From Thermoplasmata archaeon (GTDB taxonomy: Archaea; Thermoplasmatota; SW-10-69-26; JACQPN01; JAJPHT01): a DNA stretch of 64,000 bases. The notes under the pieces were generated by a model. That model made no database searches and was not told the DNA's origin. It worked only from the letters and a program-made list of their open reading frames with translations. Below are positions 1 through 7,811 of the stretch, in pieces. The stretch lies in contig JAXDQU010000034.1 of the NCBI GenBank assembly GCA_034667685.1, positions 103,124 to 167,123 of the forward strand. The letters are read 5' to 3'. Within the stretch, counting starts at the first letter, position 1, and each line of letters starts with the position of its first letter. A program made the position numbers and the translations under genes.

Positions 1-423
1 CTGATGGAGCCAGGTGAGGCACGCGATCGCCGTGGGGCCCATCGTGTCGCCCCCGGCCTTGACGAGACCGACGAGCGAAGCGGCCACGGTGGGAACGTCT
101 TCCGGCCGCGCTGCGCGCGCGAGCATCGTGGCGGCCCACGGCGAGCAGTCCGGGTCGTGCAGGTCCACGACGCGGGTGAGCACTCGGAGCTTCTCGTCCT
201 CCGTGATGCCTTCGAGCAAGGCCTCCTGAGAAAGCCCCGCCGGCACGATCTTCTCCGATTGGATGCCGCCGTGATAGCGCCACCAGCCGCTCAGACGAAT
301 GCGGTCTTCCAGGAGCAGCGTCGCCGACCAAGCCACAAGCTCGGCGTAGGCTCGCACCGGGTCCTTCTTGGCCACCGAAGCGATGGCCTTCGTCTGCGCG
401 CGCAGGTGAGCCGGCAAGGTCAC
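1..423 (-). CDS. hypothetical protein, 5' part (runs off the window edge)
   Basis: Manual translation of the minus strand from GTG 423 gives an open frame (VTLPAHLRAQTKAIASVAKKDPVRAYAEL...) to position 1. It is absent from the ORF track because it has no stop in the window. Divergent from proS. Confidence 0.55.
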   Translation of the reverse strand, partial: MTLPAHLRAQTKAIASVAKKDPVRAYAELVAWSATLLLEDRIRLSGWWRYHGGIQSEKIVPAGLSQEALLEGITEDEKLRVLTRVVDLHDPDCSPWAATMLARAARPEDVPTVAASLVGLVKAGGDTMGPTAIACLTWLHQ

Positions 424-504
424 GAACCGCCGACGTCGGCGCGGCCGGATCAGGGTTTGGAGCCGGATTTCTTATAGCCACACCCGGATGCGTCGGCCGA
501 TCCC

Positions 505-1965
505 ATGCCCAAGAAGATGGAGAACTTCTCCGAGTGGTACAACGAGCTCGTCGAGAAGGCCGACCTCATCGACAAGCGCTATCCCATCAAGGGCATGGAC
601 GTCTGGCGCCCGTACGGCCTCTCGGTCATGCGCGCCATCGACCAGGCGATCCGCGACGGCATGGTGCGCACCAAGCACCAGGAGGTCGAGTTCCCGCTCC
701 TGATCCCGCAGGGCGAGTTCAACAAGGAGGCCGACCAGATCAAGGGGTTCGGCGGCGAGGTCTACTGGGTGACGAAGGGCGGCAACAACGACCTGGACAT
801 CCCCCTCGTCGTGCGTCCGACCTCCGAGACGGCGATGTATCCGATGTTCGCGCTCTGGGTCCGCTCGCACAAGGACCTGCCCCTGAAGATCTTCCAGATC
901 GTGAGCGTGTTCCGCTACGAGACCAAGCAGACCCGGTCCTTCATCCGCGTGCGGCAGATCCACTTCTTCGAGGCGCACACCGCGCACGCCGACTACGAGG
1001 ACGCGGAGCGCCAGATCCTCGAGGACCTGGAGCTGACGGCCGCGCTCTGCGAGAAGCTCTGCCTGCCCTACTCGCTCTCGAAGCGACCCGACTGGGACAA
1101 GTTCCCCGGCGCGCACTACACGGTGGCCGCCGACGCGATGCTGCCGGAGCTCAAGACGCTCCAGATCGCCACGCACCACCACTACAAGGACAACTTCGCC
1201 AAGGCGTACGACATCAAGTACGAGAACGCCGCGGGCGAGCACGTCTTCGCCCACCAGACCACCTACGGCATCAGCGAGCGCATCCTGGGCGCCGTCGTCG
1301 CGGTCCACGGCGACGACAAGGGCCTGATGCTGCCCCCCGCCGTCGCGCCCTGGCAGGCCGTCGTCGTCCCCATCCTCTTCAAGGGCAAGGAGGGCGGCGT
1401 CGTCGAGGCCGCGAACGCCCTGGCCGACAAGATGCGCGCCGCCGGCTTCCGCGTCCACGTCGACGACCGCGACGAGACGGCCGGCTTCAAGTTCAACGAC
1501 TGGGAGATGCGCGGCGTCCCCATCCGCATCGAGCTGGGACCCAAGGACATGGAAAAGGGCCAGTGCGTCATGGTCCGCCGCGACAACGGCGCCAAGTCGT
1601 TCGTCGCGCAGGCCGACGCCGCGAAGGGCCTCGCCGAGACGCTCGCCTCCTACGCCGAAGGGCTCAAGGAGCGCGCGTACGCCACGCTCACCCAGAACGT
1701 CCACGACGTCAAGACCAGCGAGGAAGCCAAGAAGACCGTCGGCATCGCCCGCGCCGGCTGGTGCGGCAGCGACGAATGCGGCCTTGCCATCCAGACCGCC
1801 ACCGAGAAGACGCTCCTGGGCGTCCCCATCGACGTCGCCTTCCCCAGCTTCCAGCAGCAGGAGCACCACAAGCGGCTGGTCCTGCCCGGGCGCGGGTTCA
1901 GCGGACACTGCGCTGCTTGTGGGAAGGCGACGCACACGCCGGTGCTGATCGCGAAGACCTACTGA
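505..1965 (+). CDS. proS: prolyl-tRNA synthetase (archaeal/eukaryote type)
   Basis: FSEWY, RPTSET, FRYETKQTRSFIRVR, HQTTYGISER, HGDDKGL..PP, C-terminal Cys cluster. Confidence 0.97.
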   Translation: MPKKMENFSEWYNELVEKADLIDKRYPIKGMDVWRPYGLSVMRAIDQAIRDGMVRTKHQEVEFPLLIPQGEFNKEADQIKGFGGEVYWVTKGGNNDLDIPLVVRPTSETAMYPMFALWVRSHKDLPLKIFQIVSVFRYETKQTRSFIRVRQIHFFEAHTAHADYEDAERQILEDLELTAALCEKLCLPYSLSKRPDWDKFPGAHYTVAADAMLPELKTLQIATHHHYKDNFAKAYDIKYENAAGEHVFAHQTTYGISERILGAVVAVHGDDKGLMLPPAVAPWQAVVVPILFKGKEGGVVEAANALADKMRAAGFRVHVDDRDETAGFKFNDWEMRGVPIRIELGPKDMEKGQCVMVRRDNGAKSFVAQADAAKGLAETLASYAEGLKERAYATLTQNVHDVKTSEEAKKTVGIARAGWCGSDECGLAIQTATEKTLLGVPIDVAFPSFQQQEHHKRLVLPGRGFSGHCAACGKATHTPVLIAKTY

Positions 1966-2042
1966 GCGAGCCATTCTCTCGAAGCATCCTGTGAACGGGG
2001 GGCCCGCGTCGAAGCGTACATGAGAGGGCGCGTGGGTCTTGA

Positions 2043-2058
2043 ATAACTAGGGATTATC
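2043..2058 (+). repeat. left copy of 16-bp inverted repeat ATAACTAGGGATTATC (dif-like tyrosine recombinase site)
   Basis: Exact reverse complement lies at 4892-4907. Internal structure ATAA-N7-TTAT. Abuts the GTG start at 2059. Confidence 0.85.
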
Positions 2059-3663
2059 GTGGCCCACCGAGCCTCGTTCAGCTGGCCCACGTCGCGGCGC
2101 GATTTCGAGTCGGAGGATCTTCGCTACACGGACTTCCGCGGCGTCCGGATGTCCCCTGACGACCCTGGGCTCTCCCTTCACGCGGCCGTGCTCCGTGGCG
2201 CCGCGTTCTCCGACTGCGCGTTCTGGAACTCGAAGTTCACGCGCAGCGACTTCAACGAGACCGACATCAGCCGCACGCGGTTCCAGGAGTGCGCGATGGA
2301 CTACTTCGAGCTGCAGGATTCCCACGTCGTGGAGAGCCAATTCGTCGGCGGGACGGCGCGAGACGCAGCCATCCTGCAGTGCCGCGTCTCGGAGTGCGTG
2401 TTCACCCGCACCGACTGGTCGGCGTCCAACTGGCACAACAATGAGTTCGAGAGGACGTTGTTCGAGGGCGTGAACCTCGCCCACTCCTCGGTGGAGCGGA
2501 ACCGCTTCTACCAGTGCACGTTCCGCGGCTGCGACCTCGCGGACCAGACGTTCATGAGCTGCATCCTCGAAGGGTGCACGTTCGAGGACGTGGTGATGGA
2601 TCTCCTCGTGGTGAAGTCCTGCCCCGGCCTCGAGATGACCGCATTGCGCAACGTCAGGCTCGTGGAGAATGGCCACCCCATCCCGTCCGAACAGGTCGCG
2701 CCGCGCCTGACGGAGCTTCTCTTCGAGCACTTGGAACTGGGCGAAATCGTCGAGGTCGCGTGCCTTGCGGTCGTGCTCGATCGGATCGACGTGCTGGAGG
2801 GGCTGCTCGCGCGCGTGCCCGATGCGCTCCGCATGCAGCCGGTCTCCGCGAGCAACGAAAAGTGGGTGAACCTCTGCCGCGCGCTCCAGTTCTGGACGCA
2901 GAAAGGCAAGCTCGATCCGTACTGGCTCCTGTGGATCTTTCAGGCGCTGCTGGAGCACACGCGCAAGCTCCAGCGGCAGGGCGAGGCGCCTGACCTGCAG
3001 CTGATCCGCGCCGCCACGTCGATCGCGGGCGAGGTGCAGGGTTATCAGAAGGCCATCGGCGAGGCGGCGCTGCTGGCCCTTCCTCGCGGGCGCATGCTGG
3101 ATCCCGTGAAGATCACGCTGGAGGTGCCCAACGACATCGACCGCGCGGTCGTGGCGGGTTTCGTGGAGAGGCTTGCGGAGTCCATCGATTCCCGGATGCC
3201 GCCCGCGTTCCGGGCGGGCGCGGCGCAGCCTCCGATCCGGTTCTCCGAAGAGCGTTGGGGAAGCCACTACTTCGACTTCGAGTCCATCCAGTTGTGGGCC
3301 GCGGTGCTGACGGCCGCGTTCTTCCAGGCGGATCGCATCCTCCGACAATCCACCAAGATCATCGACGCAGGCGAAGGCACGATGCGCTCGACGTTCCGCT
3401 TCTTCCGGGCCTTCCACGAGGAGAAGGAGCGGACGCGCGCGCAGAAGACGGCCCTGGAGCACGCCAGCACGCCAACGGTGCCGGAGCCCGTCTTGGCGCC
3501 TGAGCCCGTGGCGAACCATGGGCTTGCCCTCGCCTCGGAGAACGCGTTCCAGGCGATCGCCGAGCGGAACCTCGCCTCGGGCATCGTGGCCAACGTCGTG
3601 ATCCCTCCGGACCTGCGCGCCGAGGCGAAGAGGATCGTGCTCTCCATCGAGATCAGGAAATGA
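2059..3663 (+). CDS. pentapeptide-repeat protein with uncharacterised C-terminal region
   Basis: N-terminal ~190 aa of A/S/T/C-x-F-x-x five-residue periodicity (AAFSD CAFWN SKFTR SDFNE...CTFRG CDLAD QTFMS CILEG CTFED). Confidence 0.85.
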   Translation: MAHRASFSWPTSRRDFESEDLRYTDFRGVRMSPDDPGLSLHAAVLRGAAFSDCAFWNSKFTRSDFNETDISRTRFQECAMDYFELQDSHVVESQFVGGTARDAAILQCRVSECVFTRTDWSASNWHNNEFERTLFEGVNLAHSSVERNRFYQCTFRGCDLADQTFMSCILEGCTFEDVVMDLLVVKSCPGLEMTALRNVRLVENGHPIPSEQVAPRLTELLFEHLELGEIVEVACLAVVLDRIDVLEGLLARVPDALRMQPVSASNEKWVNLCRALQFWTQKGKLDPYWLLWIFQALLEHTRKLQRQGEAPDLQLIRAATSIAGEVQGYQKAIGEAALLALPRGRMLDPVKITLEVPNDIDRAVVAGFVERLAESIDSRMPPAFRAGAAQPPIRFSEERWGSHYFDFESIQLWAAVLTAAFFQADRILRQSTKIIDAGEGTMRSTFRFFRAFHEEKERTRAQKTALEHASTPTVPEPVLAPEPVANHGLALASENAFQAIAERNLASGIVANVVIPPDLRAEAKRIVLSIEIRK

Positions 3664-4891
3664 CCTCGCGCCGATAGACCGACTCGATCGCGCGGACGCC
3701 ATCCCGCAGGATCGGGAGCCCGAGCGCGAGGCAGAACCGGAATGCGATGGGGTTTCCCTCCTCTAGGACGTACATGACGCTCCCGGGCATTGCTTGGACG
3801 CCGTGCTCCTGGAGAACCTTGAACGTGAATGCCTTCTCTTCAGACTCGGTCATGCGCGTGCCCTCGCACACGAGCATGGTGAGGACGCCGCTCTGCGTCT
3901 TCGTGAAGCGGAGGCCGGGCACATCGAGCATCGCGATGAGGTCCTCGTGGTGCTGGCGGAACCTTGCGACGTTGTGCTCCCGCGCCGCCGCCACTTCCCG
4001 GCCCTCCGGGCTCGAAGGACCGGCGCCAAGCGCGGCGTAGGCCGAAGAAGCCAGCAACGCCTGCAGATAGGACAGGGACCCGTTGGAGATCTCGTCGTTC
4101 TCGCGGATGTCGTCGGCCCGCTGGATCGACGTGACCGTGTGCGCGAACTTCGCCCCATTGAGGAAGAGCGCCTTCGCGGGCGATTGCACAAGGATCAGGT
4201 TATCCAAGGCGTCGATCCTCACGCTCCCCAGCGCGCGCTCGGGCGAAGGGGCCCAGTCCAGCGCGCCCTGCGAGGCGTCCAGCACGAGGACCGCGTCCAC
4301 CTCCTCGCACGCGCGCAACACCCGCTCCAAGGCGCGCGCGGGCCAGAGGACGCCCGTAGGGTAGATCGGATTCGTCGCGAGCACGACGTCGGGCTTGTCG
4401 CGGAGGATCCGGTGGACCAGCGCGCCGACATCCGGAAGTCCGTCCGCCTCCAGCAAGGTCGGGAAGAATGCCTGGTCGAATCCGAGGATCTCGCAGCTCC
4501 CCGACGCCGAGAAGTAGAGCGGCGTCACGAGAAGCGCGGTCTTCGCGTTCCCCTCGCGCAAAGCCAGGAGCGCCTGGAAGATCGCCTGCGTCCCGCTGCC
4601 GTGGAGCGCCACGTTGTCGGAGCCAACGGGGAGCGAAAGGCCATGGATCGGATCGGAAGACATCCACTTCGCGACATTCTCGCGCTGCTCCGCCATGTCC
4701 ATGGGAAACTGATACGGGATCAGATGGGATGGCCGCACCTCGGCCAGCCTGCGCGCGACGAAATCCGGAAGCTGGATCGTATCCGCGTCGGCGTCCCAAT
4801 GGAACGGCTGCTTCGGACGACGCCCGGTGGCGCGCTCATACTGGCCTTCGAGGTCGAAGAACCACTGCGTCTTGTAACGGTTGGAGTCCCT
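3653..4891 (-). CDS. PLP-dependent aminotransferase class I/II-fold protein; first canonical start is GTG 4738 but the frame is open up to the repeat at 4892
   Basis: GSGTQAI, PLYFS, TNPIYPTG, LVLDASQ, SPAK(PLP Lys)ALFLNG, PGS, FRFC motifs. Upstream 51 codons contain no stop. Confidence 0.8.
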   Translation of the reverse strand, partial: RDSNRYKTQWFFDLEGQYERATGRRPKQPFHWDADADTIQLPDFVARRLAEVRPSHLIPYQFPMDMAEQRENVAKWMSSDPIHGLSLPVGSDNVALHGSGTQAIFQALLALREGNAKTALLVTPLYFSASGSCEILGFDQAFFPTLLEADGLPDVGALVHRILRDKPDVVLATNPIYPTGVLWPARALERVLRACEEVDAVLVLDASQGALDWAPSPERALGSVRIDALDNLILVQSPAKALFLNGAKFAHTVTSIQRADDIRENDEISNGSLSYLQALLASSAYAALGAGPSSPEGREVAAAREHNVARFRQHHEDLIAMLDVPGLRFTKTQSGVLTMLVCEGTRMTESEEKAFTFKVLQEHGVQAMPGSVMYVLEEGNPIAFRFCLALGLPILRDGVRAIESVYRREVIS

Positions 4892-4907
4892 GATAATCCC
4901 TAGTTAT
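4892..4907 (-). repeat. right copy of 16-bp inverted repeat (dif-like site) containing the recombinase TAA stop
   Basis: GATAATCCCTAGTTAT on + is the exact reverse complement of 2043-2058. Confidence 0.85.
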
Positions 4908-5809
4908 CCCAACATCGCCACCCGATTCCTCGGGTTGCATTTCTCCAGCATGTCGGCCCTCCGGCGCGACGACACCCAGACGTACAGCTCGGTGGTCTGG
5001 ATGCTGGCGTGCCCCAGCACGTCCTGGACCGACCTTAGGTCTGCGCCGTTCTCGACGAGGAGCGTGGCGAAGGTGTGCCGGAGCATGTGGGGTGTGACGC
5101 GCCGTCCGATGCCGGCGAGGCGCGCTAGCCGTTTGATGCGGCTTCGGACGCTTTCGGGCGTGCGGCGGCGGTTTGCGCGGCTGACGAGGAGGGGTCCGCG
5201 TGGTCCGGTTTCGGCGAGGGCGTTGCCCAGGAGGGCGCAGACTTCGCTGGAGGAGAGGGGGACGACGCGTTCCCGGGCGCCCTTGCCGCGGATGCGGACG
5301 CTGCACGCGGCGAGGTCGATGTCGTCGTGGTCGATGCGCGTGAGCTCTTCGACGCGGATGCCGGTGGAGGCGAGAAGCTCCAGGGCCAGGGCGTCTTGGG
5401 TGGCGGTGCGGCGCCGGGCGGGCGTGGCGGCGCGGCGGATCTCAGCGTGGGCGGCCCGCAGGAGCGCCTCGAACTCGTCGCGGGTGAGCGTGCGAGGCAG
5501 GCGTCGGCGACCGGCCGTGGCGGGCTTGAAACGGACTTCGGGCGCGGCAGCGAGGTGGCCTTCGCGCAGGAGCCAGGCGTAGTAGAGCCGGAGCGTGACG
5601 CTGCGGCGCCGGAGGGTGGCGACGCGCAGGCCTCGCTGCTGGAGGCCATGCAGGTAGGCGCTCAAGTCGGGGGTGGTGGCGGCGTCGAGGCCGTGGGGTA
5701 GGCGCGCGGCGGCGTCGCGCAAGTCCGAGGCATAGGCGCGGATCGTCTTGGGCGAGAGGTCTCGCTCGGCGCGGATGGCTTGGAGGAATCGCGTTTGGTT
5801 TGCTATCAC
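4904..5809 (-). CDS. XerC/XerD-like tyrosine recombinase
   Basis: SAM-like N-terminus (LSPKTIRAYASDL) and complete catalytic set: GIRVEEL, GKG.RER, TPHMLRHTFAT, LGHASIQTTELY. Confidence 0.95.
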   Translation of the reverse strand: MIANQTRFLQAIRAERDLSPKTIRAYASDLRDAAARLPHGLDAATTPDLSAYLHGLQQRGLRVATLRRRSVTLRLYYAWLLREGHLAAAPEVRFKPATAGRRRLPRTLTRDEFEALLRAAHAEIRRAATPARRRTATQDALALELLASTGIRVEELTRIDHDDIDLAACSVRIRGKGARERVVPLSSSEVCALLGNALAETGPRGPLLVSRANRRRTPESVRSRIKRLARLAGIGRRVTPHMLRHTFATLLVENGADLRSVQDVLGHASIQTTELYVWVSSRRRADMLEKCNPRNRVAMLG

Positions 5810-5887
5810 GGGGTGGCGGGCGCGCGCGGTCCGGATGCCGGTTCCTGTACGCGCAGCCCGCCCGGCCGGACATGTCGGGCGTGGGCC

Positions 5888-6688
5888 TCACGAGTCTTGG
5901 AGCCACGCCCGTATCTCTTCGGCGAACCGCCGCGGCTCTTCCAGCTCGGGGAAGTGGCCCGCGTCGGCGAACCGGACGATCTTGGCGCGCGGCGCGTGCT
6001 TGCGGATTCCTTCGGGGTCGCTGCGGGCGTGCGTGCGGTCCTTCTCGCCCCAGAATGATAGCACGGGGAGGTCGGTCGCGGGCGGCGGCTCGCTGCGCTC
6101 CAGGGCGCGGAACGCGGCGGCGAGCGGGAAGCGGGCGCCGTGGTCGAACGCTTCGACCGCGAGGAGGCCGAACGCGTCGCCCTGCTCCTTCGTGGGCAGC
6201 GCGGCGCGGTACCAGCGCTTGGCGATCTCGGGCGCGCGCACGTAGCCGACCGCGGGGCCCACGAGCGGCGCGCGCAGGAGGCCATGCGCGTCCACGCGGT
6301 CGACCCAGCGCAGCGCGTCGTCCCACGCGGGCGCCTGGATGGTGACGATCCGCGCGACGAGGTCGGGCCGGCGGGCGGCGACGCGCAGCGCGACGAAGGC
6401 GCCGACGCACGGGAGGGCGAGCGTGACGGGGCCGAGGGCGAGCTTGTCGAGGAGCGCGATCGTGGCGTCGGCCTGCGCGTCGAGCGTCTGGGCGTGGCCG
6501 CGGGCGGCGGCGCTGTGGCCGAAGCCGGGCGGCTCGAAGACGACGACGCGGGCGACGGAGCGGAGCGCCACGCAGAGCGCCGCGTGCTGCTCGAGCACGT
6601 TGGGCGGGTCGACGGCGAGGAGCAGCGGCGGGCCCTGGCCCGTCTCGCGCAGCCGCACGCGCCCTTGCGGGATCTGGACCTCGCGCAT
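5888..6688 (-). CDS. alpha/beta-fold hydrolase (atypical nucleophile elbow)
   Basis: FEPPGFGHS, WGEKD, AGHFPELE; LPCVG where GxSxG is expected. Confidence 0.8.
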   Translation of the reverse strand: MREVQIPQGRVRLRETGQGPPLLLAVDPPNVLEQHAALCVALRSVARVVVFEPPGFGHSAAARGHAQTLDAQADATIALLDKLALGPVTLALPCVGAFVALRVAARRPDLVARIVTIQAPAWDDALRWVDRVDAHGLLRAPLVGPAVGYVRAPEIAKRWYRAALPTKEQGDAFGLLAVEAFDHGARFPLAAAFRALERSEPPPATDLPVLSFWGEKDRTHARSDPEGIRKHAPRAKIVRFADAGHFPELEEPRRFAEEIRAWLQDS

Positions 6689-6694
6689 CGCGGC

Positions 6695-7096
6695 TCAGCC
6701 GTAGCGCGCCACGAGCGCGTCGAGCGCCTTCTTCTGGTCGGGCCAGTGGAGGCGCTTGGCGGCCTCGTCGGGCGCGAGCCATTCGGCCGCGGTGTGCTCG
6801 TCGCTGAGCGTCTCGGTGTGGGCGGGATCGACGCGCGCGGCGTAGGCCGTCTCGTGATAGCGATTTCCCTTGGCCTCGTAGGTGAACGTGACGCCCAGGG
6901 GCTCGGGCGCGACCTCGAAGCCCGTCTCCTCGTCCACCTCGCGCACCGCGGCGGCGAGGACCTTCTCGTGCGGCTCGACGTTGCCCGTCACGGGGTGCCA
7001 GAGCCCCTTCTCGGTCTTCGCGCGCTTCAGCAGCAGGACCTGGAGCGTCGGCTTGCTGCGGTAGACGAACACCTGCACCTTGCGTCGGAGCGCCAT
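6695..7096 (-). CDS. NUDIX hydrolase (NudB-like)
   Basis: WHPVTGNVEPHE..AAAVREVDEETG Nudix box, LSDEH..W. Confidence 0.88.
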   Translation of the reverse strand: MALRRKVQVFVYRSKPTLQVLLLKRAKTEKGLWHPVTGNVEPHEKVLAAAVREVDEETGFEVAPEPLGVTFTYEAKGNRYHETAYAARVDPAHTETLSDEHTAAEWLAPDEAAKRLHWPDQKKALDALVARYG

Positions 7097-7135
7097 CGCC
7101 CCCGCCAAGGGCGCCATCCGGCAAAAGGTCCACGC

Positions 7136-7375
7136 ATGCCTCCGGCACGTTCTTCTGCGCCGCAAGGCGTCCCCCGTCGGGGATTCATCCTGAGACCCGC
7201 CATGCTGCTTGCCATTGCCCTCGTCGCCACCGGTTTCGTTGTCGCCGCCGTGCCCGCGGCGGAGGCCAGCTACACGTGCACGCCCACCGTCGCGGGCGAG
7301 TTCTTCTGCTACGACGTCAACAGCGGCGACTGCTACGGCGTCATCCTGGGCCAGCCGACCCGCTGCGCGCCGTAG
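7136..7375 (+). CDS. small secreted 4-Cys peptide with probable twin-arginine signal (alternative start 7202)
   Basis: MPPARSSAPQGVPRRGFILRPAMLLAIALVATGFVVAAVPAAEA followed by SYTCTPTVAGEFFCYDVNSGDCYGVILGQPTRCAP; fills the gap between NUDIX and cutA. Confidence 0.65.
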   Translation: MPPARSSAPQGVPRRGFILRPAMLLAIALVATGFVVAAVPAAEASYTCTPTVAGEFFCYDVNSGDCYGVILGQPTRCAP

Positions 7376-7426
7376 CGCGCCGCGCGCCGCGCCAACGTTC
7401 TTCCCTTCCTGCTTTTCTTCTTCGGC

Positions 7427-7741
7427 GTGGACCTCGTCTCGGTGCACGTCACGTTCCCCGATCTGGCCAGCGCGAAGTCCGTTTGCCGCGCGCTCGTGGA
7501 GGAGCGCCTCGCCGCGTGCGCGAACCTCGTGCCCTGCGAGAGCCTCTACGTCTGGGAGGGCGCGTTGGCCGACGAGCGCGAGGTCGTCGCGATCCTCAAG
7601 ACCACGGCCGGGAGGCTGGACGCGCTGACGCGCCGCGCGGTGGAGCTGCACCCCGACGAGGTGCCCTGCGTCGTCGCGGTGCCGATCGTGGCAGGCTTCC
7701 CAAGCTACGTCGCCTGGGTCCAGGAATCGACGCGTCCGTGA
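7427..7741 (+). CDS. cutA: divalent-cation tolerance protein CutA
   Basis: LVEERLAACAN, SLYVWEG, E...ILKT, LHPDEVP. Confidence 0.93.
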   Translation: MDLVSVHVTFPDLASAKSVCRALVEERLAACANLVPCESLYVWEGALADEREVVAILKTTAGRLDALTRRAVELHPDEVPCVVAVPIVAGFPSYVAWVQESTRP

Positions 7742-7788
7742 AGGAAAGAAAAGAGGGCTCGGGGCGGGCGCTTGCGGCCGCCCCGAGC
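7741..7788 (-). terminator. hairpin plus T-rich tract (minus strand) between convergent genes
   Basis: GCTCGGGGCGG/CCGCCCCGAGC stem (7757-7788) with A-rich run 7741-7755 on +. Confidence 0.6.
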
Positions 7789-7811
7789 GGTTGTCGTTCA
7801 CGACGGCCGAT

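Noticed and set aside
415-428. CAAGGTCACGAACC identical to 46667-46680
   Set aside because: Overlaps a probable gene start, has no partner arm or hairpin, and a single 14-bp match is weak evidence.
4890-4912. Resemblance of GGGATAACTAGGGATTAT to the I-SceI site, suggesting an engineered sequence
   Set aside because: Only a partial match. The dif-like arm/spacer structure and overlap with a recombinase stop explain it better.
4904-5809. Recombinase as integron integrase, provirus integrase or the housekeeping XerA
   Set aside because: No IntI-specific insertion or attC-like array, no viral genes, no tRNA-derived direct repeat. A XerA role cannot be excluded without phylogeny, so no gene symbol was given.
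2014-5852. Second short inverted match GCGTACA / TGTACGC outside the cassette and upstream of the recombinase
   Set aside because: Only 7 bp; expected by chance.
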